This document shows, one piece after another, positions 14,127-22,963 of a stretch of 27,310 nucleotides of DNA. Numbering within the stretch: the stretch's first letter is position 1; each line of letters starts with the position of its first letter. This DNA comes from a virus (lineage: Duplodnaviria; Caudoviricetes). The stretch lies in IMG/VR virus record IMGVR_UViG_3300026897_000014, positions 1 to 27,310 of that record, one strand, 5' to 3'. Under the pieces are notes generated by a model, which made no database searches, was not told the origin of the DNA, and saw only the letters and a program-made list of their open reading frames with translations. The position numbers were made by a program, and so were the translations under genes.

Positions 14127-16810
14127 ACGCCATCCCTGATCACGGCCAGTTCGACTATCGCCAGTTCATCGAGGCGAAGGTGCGGATCGCGCCGTCGCTT
14201 GGTTTCGAGGTCGATCCCGAAACGGTCAATCCGCTTTTGAAGTCGATGACGCGGGCGATTGTGCCATGGGCGTGCCGTGGCGGCAGGCGCGCGCTGTTCC
14301 TGCGCTTCGGCTTGCACAAGACATCGACGCAGCTGGAAATCCTTCGTCAGTGCATGATGCATGCGGGCGGACACTCCCTGCAGGTTGTGCCGCTCGGCGT
14401 GCGGCACGAATTCTTCCTCGAGCAGGCAGAGCGGCATCCGGACCTTGAACTCAAGTTCATCAACCGGCCCGAGCAAATGGGCGAGGCGAACGCGCCGGGG
14501 CCGGGCCGCAAGCTCATCCACCTGACGAATTACGAGACGATCCGCGACGGCAAGCTCGATCCGCTGCTGTTCACCGCGGCGTCGCTGGACGAGGCCGCCG
14601 TGCTGCGCGGCTTCGGCGGGACGAAAACCTTCCGCGAGTTCATGGCGACCTTCGCCGGCGACGATCGCAAGGCCGGCGTCAAGCATGCCGGCGTGCGGTA
14701 CAGGTTCGTCGCGACCGCGGTGCCGGACCCGAACGAATATATCGAGCTGCTCGCCTATGCGGCATTCCTCGGCGTGATGGATGTCGGCGAGGCGAAGACG
14801 CGGTTCTTCAAGCGCGACAGCGAGAAGGCCGACCGGCTGACGATCCATCCGCACAAGGAAGAGGAATTCTGGCTGTGGGTTTCGTCCTGGGCGCTGTTCG
14901 TGCAGAAGCCATCCGATCTCGGCTTTTGCGACGACGGCTACGAGCTGCCGCCGCTCGACATCCGCTGGCACGAGCTGCCGTCCGACCACCAGCAAGCCGG
15001 CGCCGAGCGCGACGGGCAAGGCCGGATGTTCACGGACACGGCGCATGGCGTCGTCGAGGCCTCGCGCGAAAAGAAGCGGTCGCTTGACCAGCGCGTCGCC
15101 CGGATGCTGGAGATTCGCGCAGAGGATCCCGCCGCGCACCGGCTGATCTGGCACGATCTCGAAGCCGAGCGGCATGCGATCGAGGCGGCGGTTCCGACTG
15201 TCCAGTCGGTCTGGGGTTCGCTCGACGACGACACCAAGGAAAAGCGCGTCGTCGGCTTCGCACGCGGCGAATTCGCCGAACTGGCGACCAAGCCGGTGAT
15301 CAACGGCTCCGGCTGCAATTTCCAGCATTTCTGCCACTGGAACATCTATCTCGGCATCGGCTTCAAGTTTCACGACTTCATCCAGTCGATCTTCCGGACG
15401 CAGCGCTTCGGCCAGACGGAGCCGGTGCGCGCCGACCTGATCTACACCGAGGCCGAGCGCGGCATGCGGCGCGAACTGGAGCGGCGCTGGAAACAGTTCG
15501 AGGTACAGTCCGAGCGGATGGCGGTGATCATCCGCCAGTTCGGCCTGGCCGAGCGGTCGCTCGAAGCCGGCCTGACGCGGGCGATGAGCGTCGAGCGCCG
15601 CGAGGTGAGGGGTCAGGGCTACTGTGTCGTGCACAACGACACGGTCGACGAGACGTCGCGGATGGAGAGCGACAGCGTCGACCTGATCGTCACCTCGATC
15701 CCGTTCTCGACCCAGTATGAATATTCGCCGTCCTATCTCGACTTCGGCCACACCGACGACGACGCGCATTTCTGGGCGCAGATGGATTTCCTGATCCCCG
15801 AGCTTCTGCGCGTGCTGAAGCCCGGCCGTGTGGCGGCGATCCATGTCAAGGACCGGATCGTGCCGGGCGGCATCAACGGCTTCGGCTTCCAGACCGTCAG
15901 CCCGTTCTCCGACGATTGCATCGCGCGCTTCCGCGCCGCCGGCTTCGCCTTCCTGTCGCGCGTCACCATCGGCACCGACGTCGTGCGCGAGAACAACGGC
16001 ACCTACCGGCTCGGCTGGACCGAGCAATGCAAGGACGGGACGAGGATGGGCAATGGCATGCCCGAATATTTGCTCAAATTCCGCAAGGCCCAGAGCGACC
16101 GGACCAAGGGCTATGCCGACATTCCCGTGGTCAAGCCGAAGCCGGATTTCGTGTCCGTGATCGACGGGCGGCCGGTCTCGGCCGGCGACGACGATTTCGA
16201 CGCCAAGCGCATCGTCGCTATTCCCGGCACCGGCTATTCGCGGGGCCGCTGGCAGATCGACGCCAATGGCGTCTGGCGATCGTCCGGCGACCGGCCGCTG
16301 CTGCCGGACGAACTGGGCCGCGTGATGCGCGGCGCGGGCAAGGACATTTACCGCGCTTGGCGCAAGTTCTCCGCCGAGACGATCTACGATCACGCGACCC
16401 ATGTCGCCTTCACCGAAGAGCTCGACGCCGCTGGTCGGCTGCCGCCAACCTTCATGATCGCGCCGCCGCATTCGGCCCACCCCGAGATATGGACCGACGT
16501 GGCGCGGATGCGGACGCTGAACATGCTGCAGCAACGCAAGGGCCGCGAACAGCATCTGTGTCCGCTGCAGTTCGACATTGTCGAGCGGGTGATCGAGCAG
16601 CACTCGATGCAGGGCGAGACGGTGTTCGATCCATTCGGCGGCATCATGACTGTCCCGTACTGTGCGCTCCGCATGGGCCGTCAGGCGATAGCTGTCGAAC
16701 TCAACCCGGCCTATTTCGACGATGGCTGCATCTATGCCGAAGCGGCTGCCACGGGCGGCCCGGCGCCGGGCCTGTTTGATCTTCTGGCGGCGGAAGGGGA
16801 GGCGGCATGA
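14123..16810 (+). CDS. SF2/SNF2-like helicase fused to an N4C/N6A DNA methyltransferase (895 aa)
   Basis: FGLHKT, LDEAA, TAVPDPNEYIEL, QRFGQ helicase motifs; VDLIVTSIPF, RVLKPGR, HLCPLQ, VFDPFGGI, VELNPAY methylase motifs; ATGA-coupled start at 14123. Confidence 0.88.
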   Translation: MNAIPDHGQFDYRQFIEAKVRIAPSLGFEVDPETVNPLLKSMTRAIVPWACRGGRRALFLRFGLHKTSTQLEILRQCMMHAGGHSLQVVPLGVRHEFFLEQAERHPDLELKFINRPEQMGEANAPGPGRKLIHLTNYETIRDGKLDPLLFTAASLDEAAVLRGFGGTKTFREFMATFAGDDRKAGVKHAGVRYRFVATAVPDPNEYIELLAYAAFLGVMDVGEAKTRFFKRDSEKADRLTIHPHKEEEFWLWVSSWALFVQKPSDLGFCDDGYELPPLDIRWHELPSDHQQAGAERDGQGRMFTDTAHGVVEASREKKRSLDQRVARMLEIRAEDPAAHRLIWHDLEAERHAIEAAVPTVQSVWGSLDDDTKEKRVVGFARGEFAELATKPVINGSGCNFQHFCHWNIYLGIGFKFHDFIQSIFRTQRFGQTEPVRADLIYTEAERGMRRELERRWKQFEVQSERMAVIIRQFGLAERSLEAGLTRAMSVERREVRGQGYCVVHNDTVDETSRMESDSVDLIVTSIPFSTQYEYSPSYLDFGHTDDDAHFWAQMDFLIPELLRVLKPGRVAAIHVKDRIVPGGINGFGFQTVSPFSDDCIARFRAAGFAFLSRVTIGTDVVRENNGTYRLGWTEQCKDGTRMGNGMPEYLLKFRKAQSDRTKGYADIPVVKPKPDFVSVIDGRPVSAGDDDFDAKRIVAIPGTGYSRGRWQIDANGVWRSSGDRPLLPDELGRVMRGAGKDIYRAWRKFSAETIYDHATHVAFTEELDAAGRLPPTFMIAPPHSAHPEIWTDVARMRTLNMLQQRKGREQHLCPLQFDIVERVIEQHSMQGETVFDPFGGIMTVPYCALRMGRQAIAVELNPAYFDDGCIYAEAAATGGPAPGLFDLLAAEGEAA

Positions 16811-17391
16811 CGCCCGACGCTTCCAATGCCATGACCTTCAATGCCATGGCGCGACGCGTTGACGGCGCTGGCGCGACCGCCTTCGAGCTGCGCGACCGCG
16901 TGGCGCGGCACCATGGCGTGACGGTCGCGGACATCACCTCGCGCATCCAGTCCGGCCCGGCCAACACGGCGCGTCAGGCCTGCGCCTTCCGGCTGTGGAC
17001 CGAATGCCGGCACCTGACCCTGAAGCAGGTGTCGCGGCTGATCGGTCGGGCCGACCATTCGTCGGCCATTCACGCCATCCTGGCCGGTGCGCGGTCGCGA
17101 GGCCTGATGGTCTCCCGCGTCTCGGACCTGCGCGAGCCGCATGGCGACGACCTCGACTGGACGAAGCTCGCCTACCATGTTGCCGGCCACCGCGAGACGC
17201 TGGGCCTGCCGCTGGTCGCCGTCGCCGCCAGAGCCGGCGTCAGCCGCGCCGAATGGCGCAAGGTCGAGAATGGCCGCTCCGTCTCTGCCGGAACCATGCT
17301 GCGCATCTGCCGCGCGATCGATGCGGACCCGATGGGGTTCCTGCCCTCTGACACACATGAAACCCCTGTGGAACATCGGGGGCAGGGATGA
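16807..17391 (+). CDS. DnaA C-terminal-like HTH plus XRE-type HTH protein
   Basis: ARQ...LTLKQVSRLIGRADHSSAIHAI (DnaA domain IV-like), then RETLGLPLVAVAARAGVSRAEWRKVENG. Confidence 0.7.
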   Translation: MTPDASNAMTFNAMARRVDGAGATAFELRDRVARHHGVTVADITSRIQSGPANTARQACAFRLWTECRHLTLKQVSRLIGRADHSSAIHAILAGARSRGLMVSRVSDLREPHGDDLDWTKLAYHVAGHRETLGLPLVAVAARAGVSRAEWRKVENGRSVSAGTMLRICRAIDADPMGFLPSDTHETPVEHRGQG

Positions 17392-17672
17392 TTGCGGATC
17401 GGCAACACATCACACCGTTCGGCCTCTGGTTGCTCGGATGGCAACCCAAATTCCGGCGATGGGGCGCATTCGACCTTGAGCGGGGATGGATGCTGAGTTT
17501 TGCCAATGGCAGGACGCTGGCGGTGTTTATGGCGAGGCCTGACTACGACATCTGGGGTGGTCGGCTCATCTTCTGGGGCCACGTAATGGCGCTACACATT
17601 GGTCCTTTCCGATGGCGCTGGTGGCGCCGCGCTTTCATCGTAAGTCATGTCGGAGTTCGCCATGCGACCTGA
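17388..17672 (+). CDS. Trp/Arg-rich hypothetical protein
   Basis: ATGA-coupled; atypical codon usage. Confidence 0.5.
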   Translation: MIADRQHITPFGLWLLGWQPKFRRWGAFDLERGWMLSFANGRTLAVFMARPDYDIWGGRLIFWGHVMALHIGPFRWRWWRRAFIVSHVGVRHAT

Positions 17673-17955
17673 CTTTTCGCCCTTGATGCTGAAGACCTTC
17701 CTATACGCGCGCGCCGTCGCGCGGGACGGCTTTGCCAGGGATGAAGCCGGGCAGATCGCGGCGCGGCGCGCCGTCGCCGACGAACTCGCCGAGCAGACCG
17801 GCCTGCCCTGGTCGACCATCCGCGCCGCCTTTGCCGGCCAGTTGAAGGACGCAGGCAGCCGCGCCGCGATCTGGGCGGCGCTCGGCCATTTTCCATCGGA
17901 TCACGGCATCGTCCTCGATGCCCCGCGCGAACGACAGAAGGAGGCCTCCGCATGA
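17662..17955 (+). CDS. Hypothetical phage protein
   Basis: GGAG RBS before ATG 17662; MRPDFSPLMLKTFLYAR...; coupled to the next gene. Confidence 0.7.
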   Translation: MRPDFSPLMLKTFLYARAVARDGFARDEAGQIAARRAVADELAEQTGLPWSTIRAAFAGQLKDAGSRAAIWAALGHFPSDHGIVLDAPRERQKEASA

Positions 17956-18254
17956 AAAAGTCTCAAGTGCCCTCCCAAGTCGGCAAGGCCGACCGGGCGT
18001 CGCCCGCCCCGCCGGAGGGCCAGCCGCGAAGCGGCGGTGCGGCCCGTGAGGCCAGTTTCGGCACGCGTGGCAGCGTCGATCCGCGCCGTCTGGCGCGGAT
18101 GCCGGAGCACATGCAGCGCGAAGGTTTGCTGCTGCTGCGCGAGATGGGCGCGAACCTGCTGAACGCCGCCTTCGACGCAGGCATGGGGCCGGTCGAGGCG
18201 GAGAAGATCATCACTGGGCGGACATTCAGCCTGGAAGCGGAGTGGGGGCTATGA
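17952..18254 (+). CDS. Hypothetical protein with a repeat-derived N-terminus
   Basis: AAGGAGG RBS; ATGA overlaps at both ends. Confidence 0.7.
   Translation: MKKSQVPSQVGKADRASPAPPEGQPRSGGAAREASFGTRGSVDPRRLARMPEHMQREGLLLLREMGANLLNAAFDAGMGPVEAEKIITGRTFSLEAEWGL
17983..18050 (+). repeat. GTGAG multi-hairpin repeat, copy 4
   Basis: gcaa ggcc gacc gggc gtc gccc gccccgcc ggag ggcc a gccgc-gaa-gcggc ggtgc ggccc gtgag. Confidence 0.82.
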
Positions 18255-20821
18255 TGACGACTGCAACGGGCGAAGCCCGCAAGTCCGACCGGACGCCGCG
18301 GCTCGTGCCGCGCCCGATCTTTGACAAGGATGGCGGAGCGCCAGGCGGCGCAGCCGCCGAAGCGGCGCGTGAGGCAAATGAGGTTCCCCTGATCGTTGAC
18401 AGTTTCGCTGGCGGCGGCGGCGCGTCGACCGGCATCGAGATGGCGCTCGGGCGTTCGCCCGACATCGCCATCAACCACAATCCGGCGGCACTCGCGCTGC
18501 ATGCGGCGAACCATCCCCACACGCTGCACCTGTCGGAAAATGTCTGGCAGGTCGACCCGCTCGACTATGTGCGCGGGCGGCATGTCGGGCTCGCCTGGTT
18601 CTCGCCTGACTGCAAGCACTTCTCCAAGGCCAAGGGCGGCAAGCCGGTCGAGCGCAATATCCGCGATCTGGCCTGGGTCGTGGTGCTGTGGGCGAAGCGT
18701 GTCCGGCCCGACGTGATCATCCTCGAAAATGTCGAGGAATTCCGCGACTGGGGTCCCTTGATGGAAGTCGAGCGGGCCAGCGCGAATGGCGATAGCAACA
18801 TCGTGTTGATGCCTGATCCCGCCGCGCGCGGCCAGACCTTCAAGCAATGGCTGAAGCAGTTGCGCAAGGAGGGCTACAAGGTCGAGTGGCGGGAGCTGCG
18901 CGCCTGCGATTATGGTGCGCCGACCATCCGCAAGCGGCTGTTCCTGATCGCCCGCTGTGACGGCCAGAAGATCGTCTGGCCAAAGCCGACGCATTATCCT
19001 CCGGCCTCACGCGCTGAAGGCGCTCCGGAGAGGCGCAGCAAAAGCCGCGGCGGCCGGTCGACCGCTCGGACTTCGTCCGACAAGCCGGATTACAGTCAGG
19101 CAACCAAGCCCTGGCGGACGGCGGCGGAGATCATCGACTGGTCGTTGCCGTGCCCGTCGATCTTCGCCACCGGTCCGGAAATCATGGCCGAGCACGGCTT
19201 GCGCGCCGTCCGTCCGCTGGCCGATGCGACGATGTCGCGGGTCGCGCGCGGCGTGAAGCGCTACGTGCTGGACGCGAAAAAGCCGTTCCTGGTCAACCTG
19301 ACGCATGGCGTTCGCACCGAGGATCTGGACAGCCCGTTCAACACCATCACCGGCGCGCATCGCGGCGAAAAGGCGGTTGTGTCGCCGTCGCTGGTTTCGG
19401 TCGCGCATGGCGACAGCGGCGGCAGGCGGGAATATCCGCTGGATGATCCGTTCGGCGTCGTGACCGCCGGAGGCATCGGCCATGCCGTCGTCGCGCCGTC
19501 CGTCATCAAGTTTCAGACCGGTTCGACCGGCAGCCCTGTCGACGAACCGCTGCACACGATCACCGCCAACAGCTTCAAGAAAAAGCCCGGCGGCGCGGCG
19601 CCGGTGGGCGTCATCGCGCCGGTGTTGTCGGCCTATTTTGGTCGCGGCGATGGTTCCGATGACAGGTCCGCATCGCTCGCGGACCCTCTGAAAACGGTGG
19701 TCACGGAAAACCGCCATGCTGTCATCGCCCCTGTTCTTTCCTATGCCCAGCAAGGCGGGGCCAACCGCAGCGTCGAGGATCCCGCGCACACGATCACAGC
19801 CAGCGCGAAAGACCAGAACACGCTGATCGCGCCGACGCTGATTCAGACCGGCTATGGCGAGCGGGAAGGGCAGGCGCCCCGCGCGCTCGACCCTCAAGCG
19901 CCTCTCGGAACCGTCGTCGCCGGCGGCGTGAAGCACGCGGCCGTCATTCCGACACTCGTAGGCTGCGGCGGACGCGCCGGGCAAAGCCGTGCGCGCGGCG
20001 GCGACGAGCCGATGGCGACGCAGACCGCCAAGGCGGATGTCTGCGTCGCGGCTGCCTTCGTAGCGCAGCACAACAATGACAGTCGGCGCGATGGCGGCGT
20101 GAACCCCGGCCGTCCCGCCGATCAGCCGATGTCGACGCTGACGGCAAACCCGCAGCAGGGCGTTGTCGCCGCGCACCTGATGACCATGCGCAACGCGCAG
20201 AAGCCCTTTCAGGGCGCGGACGAGCCGACGCACACGATCACGGCTGGCGGGGCAGGGCAGACGCTGGTCAATGCCTTTGTCTCACGCCAATTCGGTGCAT
20301 CAATTGGCCACGGTCTGGACGAGCCATCCGCAACGGTGACCGCTGGCGTGAACAAATCCGCGATCGTCGCGCCCTTCATGCAGAAATATTACGGCACCGG
20401 CGACGGCGCCCGCGCCGACGAGCCTCTGCATTCGGTCACGACGAAGGACCGGTTCGGCTTCGTTGAGGGCGAAATTGTATGGCCACCGTTCACCGAGGCG
20501 CAGGCCGCGCGCGCCCGCCAGGTCGCCGATTTCCTGCGCGCGCATGGCTTCTGGGATGAGAGGGAGTTCGTGACGCTGTCGATCGGCGGCGACCTCTTCA
20601 CCATCGTCGACATCGGAATGCGCATGTTGGTCCCGCGAGAACTGTTCTCGGCGCAAGGCTTCCCGGTCAATTACGTCATCGACCTGGAATTCAACGGCAA
20701 GCCCTTGCCGAAGGACGCCCAGATCTCGTGCTGCGGCAACAGTGTGTCGCCGCCGCTCGCCGAAGCTCTGGCCGGGGCGAACTGCGCCCACCTGGCCGTT
20801 TACCGGGAGGCTGCCGAATGA
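18251..20821 (+). CDS. C5 cytosine DNA methyltransferase with a repeat-expanded variable region (856 aa)
   Basis: DSFAGGGG (I), SPDCKHFS (IV), ENV (VI), RKRLF (VIII), RML..REL..AQGFP (IX), GNSV (X). Confidence 0.93.
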   Translation: MMTTATGEARKSDRTPRLVPRPIFDKDGGAPGGAAAEAAREANEVPLIVDSFAGGGGASTGIEMALGRSPDIAINHNPAALALHAANHPHTLHLSENVWQVDPLDYVRGRHVGLAWFSPDCKHFSKAKGGKPVERNIRDLAWVVVLWAKRVRPDVIILENVEEFRDWGPLMEVERASANGDSNIVLMPDPAARGQTFKQWLKQLRKEGYKVEWRELRACDYGAPTIRKRLFLIARCDGQKIVWPKPTHYPPASRAEGAPERRSKSRGGRSTARTSSDKPDYSQATKPWRTAAEIIDWSLPCPSIFATGPEIMAEHGLRAVRPLADATMSRVARGVKRYVLDAKKPFLVNLTHGVRTEDLDSPFNTITGAHRGEKAVVSPSLVSVAHGDSGGRREYPLDDPFGVVTAGGIGHAVVAPSVIKFQTGSTGSPVDEPLHTITANSFKKKPGGAAPVGVIAPVLSAYFGRGDGSDDRSASLADPLKTVVTENRHAVIAPVLSYAQQGGANRSVEDPAHTITASAKDQNTLIAPTLIQTGYGEREGQAPRALDPQAPLGTVVAGGVKHAAVIPTLVGCGGRAGQSRARGGDEPMATQTAKADVCVAAAFVAQHNNDSRRDGGVNPGRPADQPMSTLTANPQQGVVAAHLMTMRNAQKPFQGADEPTHTITAGGAGQTLVNAFVSRQFGASIGHGLDEPSATVTAGVNKSAIVAPFMQKYYGTGDGARADEPLHSVTTKDRFGFVEGEIVWPPFTEAQAARARQVADFLRAHGFWDEREFVTLSIGGDLFTIVDIGMRMLVPRELFSAQGFPVNYVIDLEFNGKPLPKDAQISCCGNSVSPPLAEALAGANCAHLAVYREAAE
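18268..18373 (+). repeat. GTGAG multi-hairpin repeat, copy 5 (in frame at the methylase N-terminus)
   Basis: gggc-gaa-gccc gcaa gtcc-gacc-ggac gcc gcggc-tcgt-gccgc gcccg...ggag cgcc a ggcggc-gca-gccgcc gaagc ggcgc gtgag. Confidence 0.82.
19006..19080 (-). repeat. GTGAG multi-hairpin repeat, copy 6 (antisense, in frame inside the methylase)
   Basis: Minus strand: tcggac-gaa-gtccga gc ggtc-gacc-ggcc gcc gcggc-tttt-gctgc gcctctcc ggag cgc cttca gcgc gtgag. Confidence 0.78.
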
Positions 20822-22221
20822 TCACGCTTCTGAAATCTGCCGCCGCCATGGCGATACTGCTGTTCATGCCCCCAGCGCCAGCTCTGGCGCAGTCGAGGCC
20901 GAACTTCGTCATGATCATGACGGATGACCAGGACCTCGCGTCGCTTGCCTACATGCCGAAAACCCGCGCGTTGCTCGCCGACAAGGGTGTGACGTTTTCG
21001 AACAATTTCGCGCAGTTCCCGCTGTGCTGCCCCTCGCGCGCGACCATCCTGTCGGGCCAGTTCGCCCACAACAATGGCGTGCGTGGCAACTCGCCGGTCT
21101 GGAATGGCGGATATGCGGCATGGAAGCCGACAGAGGGCAACTCGCTGGCGCCATGGATGCAAAACTCAGGATACCAGACGGCGTTCGTGGGCAAGTATCT
21201 GAACGATTATGAGCGGGAAACATACTATGTGCCGCCCGGATGGGCGAAATGGCGCGGATTGAAGAAGGTCAACTATTGGGGATGGATCGACTATAATGGC
21301 GACGGAACGCTCAAGACAGGGACGGGAGCAGAAGAAGACTACCTGACGGACAATCAGACGAAGCGGTCGGTCAACCTGATCAAGTTCGCCGAGCCGCCGT
21401 TCATGAATTTCACCTGGACGTTCGCGCCGCATGTCGACACGGGCACCACGACCGCGATCCCGGCACCGCGCCACACAGGCCTGTTCGACGCGATCGCCAT
21501 GACGCGTTCGCCAGCCTTCAATACGCAACACACGACCGGCAAACACCCGCTGTTTGCCGCCTTTCCGCCCCTGTCGCCCGCCTCCGAAGCGGCGGCCGAG
21601 ATCAACTGGCGGCGCTATACCGAAAGTCTGCTCGCGGTCGACGACATGGTCGAGGCCATCGTCAACCAGCTCACCGTGAGCGGCCATATCAACAATACCT
21701 ACATCATCTTTACGAGCGACAACGGAAATCTCCATTGGGAATTCAAGCGCAATGAAAAGCTGCTGCCCTATGAGAGGTCGATTCGCACGCCGCTGATCAT
21801 CCGCGGCCCGGGCGTCCCGCAAGGCGTGACCCGCAACGAACTCGTGCTCGACGCCGACCTGACCGCAACCATCCTCGACCTCGCCGGAACCGCCTACGGC
21901 CGCGTGCTCGACGGCAAGAGCCTGGCGCCGCTGCTGTCGACCAACGCCGTGCCGTGGCGCAGCGCCGTGTTCCTGACCGGCCTTTATGACGGCGGCCAGG
22001 TCTATGATCAGAGTTACACGCGATGGAACGCGGTGCGCACGGCGACGCGGAAATATATCCGGGCCAGCGACGGGCACGAGGAGCTTTACGACCTCGACGC
22101 GGATCTCTGGGAGCGGTTCAGCGTCGTGGCGGATCCCTTCTATGCGGGCGATCTCGCGGCTCTGCGCGCGCTCGAGGCACAACTGAAAACCTGCGCCGGC
22201 GCGAGCTGTTGGGTGGAATGA
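20818..22221 (+). CDS. Secreted Cys-type sulfatase (467 aa; resembles the N-acetylglucosamine-6-sulfatase type)
   Basis: Signal peptide MITLLKSAAAMAILLFMPPAPALA-Q; RPNFVMIMTDDQD, CCPSRATILSG (CxPxR), GYQTAFVGKYLN, NTYIIFTSDNG, ELYDL; ATGA-coupled to the methylase. Confidence 0.92.
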   Translation: MITLLKSAAAMAILLFMPPAPALAQSRPNFVMIMTDDQDLASLAYMPKTRALLADKGVTFSNNFAQFPLCCPSRATILSGQFAHNNGVRGNSPVWNGGYAAWKPTEGNSLAPWMQNSGYQTAFVGKYLNDYERETYYVPPGWAKWRGLKKVNYWGWIDYNGDGTLKTGTGAEEDYLTDNQTKRSVNLIKFAEPPFMNFTWTFAPHVDTGTTTAIPAPRHTGLFDAIAMTRSPAFNTQHTTGKHPLFAAFPPLSPASEAAAEINWRRYTESLLAVDDMVEAIVNQLTVSGHINNTYIIFTSDNGNLHWEFKRNEKLLPYERSIRTPLIIRGPGVPQGVTRNELVLDADLTATILDLAGTAYGRVLDGKSLAPLLSTNAVPWRSAVFLTGLYDGGQVYDQSYTRWNAVRTATRKYIRASDGHEELYDLDADLWERFSVVADPFYAGDLAALRALEAQLKTCAGASCWVE

Positions 22222-22223
22222 TG

Positions 22224-22493
22224 TCAGCGCGTCCGGATGCCGGTGACCAGGATGCCGCGTTCTCGTGCGGCGGCGACAAAGGCCTTGCGCGCGTCGGACG
22301 GCGGCGCGACGCCTTCCAGCGCCCGCAGGCAGGCCGCGCGGGCGGCGCGGCGCTTGGCGGTCTCCGGTCCATCCGGCCATTTGTAGAGCAGCGTCTCGGC
22401 AGCCTCCCGCGCAGACTGCACCATGCGGATATTGCCCGGCGTCAGATGCACGGCCACGGACTCGGCAAACCGCTTGTCGGGATCACTCATCAT
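22224..22493 (-). CDS. DUF982 family protein
   Basis: VQSAREAAETLLYKWP...ARAACLRALEG...ARKAFVAAARERGIL. Confidence 0.8.
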   Translation of the reverse strand: MMSDPDKRFAESVAVHLTPGNIRMVQSAREAAETLLYKWPDGPETAKRRAARAACLRALEGVAPPSDARKAFVAAARERGILVTGIRTR

Positions 22494-22722
22494 CACTCGC
22501 ACTCGAACCAGCGAGTTGAACGCGCCACCGCGAGGGCGGTTGCAGTTCTTCGAGAAGTGATTCGCTGTGTCAGCGTGGCTGTTGGCAGCCTGTGTCAAGG
22601 CTGTGGATATCCACCGAAGCACCCACCTGTGAATCGTGGGCAGTTTCGCGTTTTTCGAACGCGCTCGGCGCTGTCGATGCGTAATTGTTGGGTCCTGTTG
22701 ATTCGCTACTTCAGGATGCGAC

Positions 22723-22926
22723 ATGAAACCCAAGATTATTTCCATCACGCATCGCCAAGACGAGGCGTGGCAAGCTTATGTGGAATGCGAGCGGCGCGCC
22801 AAACGCTCGCTGAAGACGGAGGACGGGCGTCGTGCCGGATTGGCGTGGCGGCGGTTCATCAACTGCTTTCTGCCGCGAGATTTGGCAGCGCGTCTCGGCG
22901 AGGATTCCGACGGCATGGCCGGCTGA
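22723..22926 (+). CDS. Small hypothetical protein
   Basis: AGGA RBS; AWQAYVECERRAKRSLKTEDGRRAGLAWRRF. Confidence 0.65.
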   Translation: MKPKIISITHRQDEAWQAYVECERRAKRSLKTEDGRRAGLAWRRFINCFLPRDLAARLGEDSDGMAG

Positions 22927-22963
22927 AACAACATACTCCTCTGCATGGGGTCATCATCGGCCC

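Noticed and set aside
14087-16603. 838-aa minus-strand ORF
   Set aside because: Codon-aligned shadow of the helicase-methylase gene, expected in GC-rich DNA
14123-20821. Restriction-modification or DISARM/BREX-type defence system
   Set aside because: No nuclease or other system components recognised; orphan methylases in a phage early operon fit anti-restriction better
3139-22221. DGR target acting as the formylglycine-generating enzyme for the sulfatase
   Set aside because: Some DGR targets have an FGE-type fold, but this one is Mtd-like and lacks the FGE catalytic cysteine motif; the genes are in opposite operons
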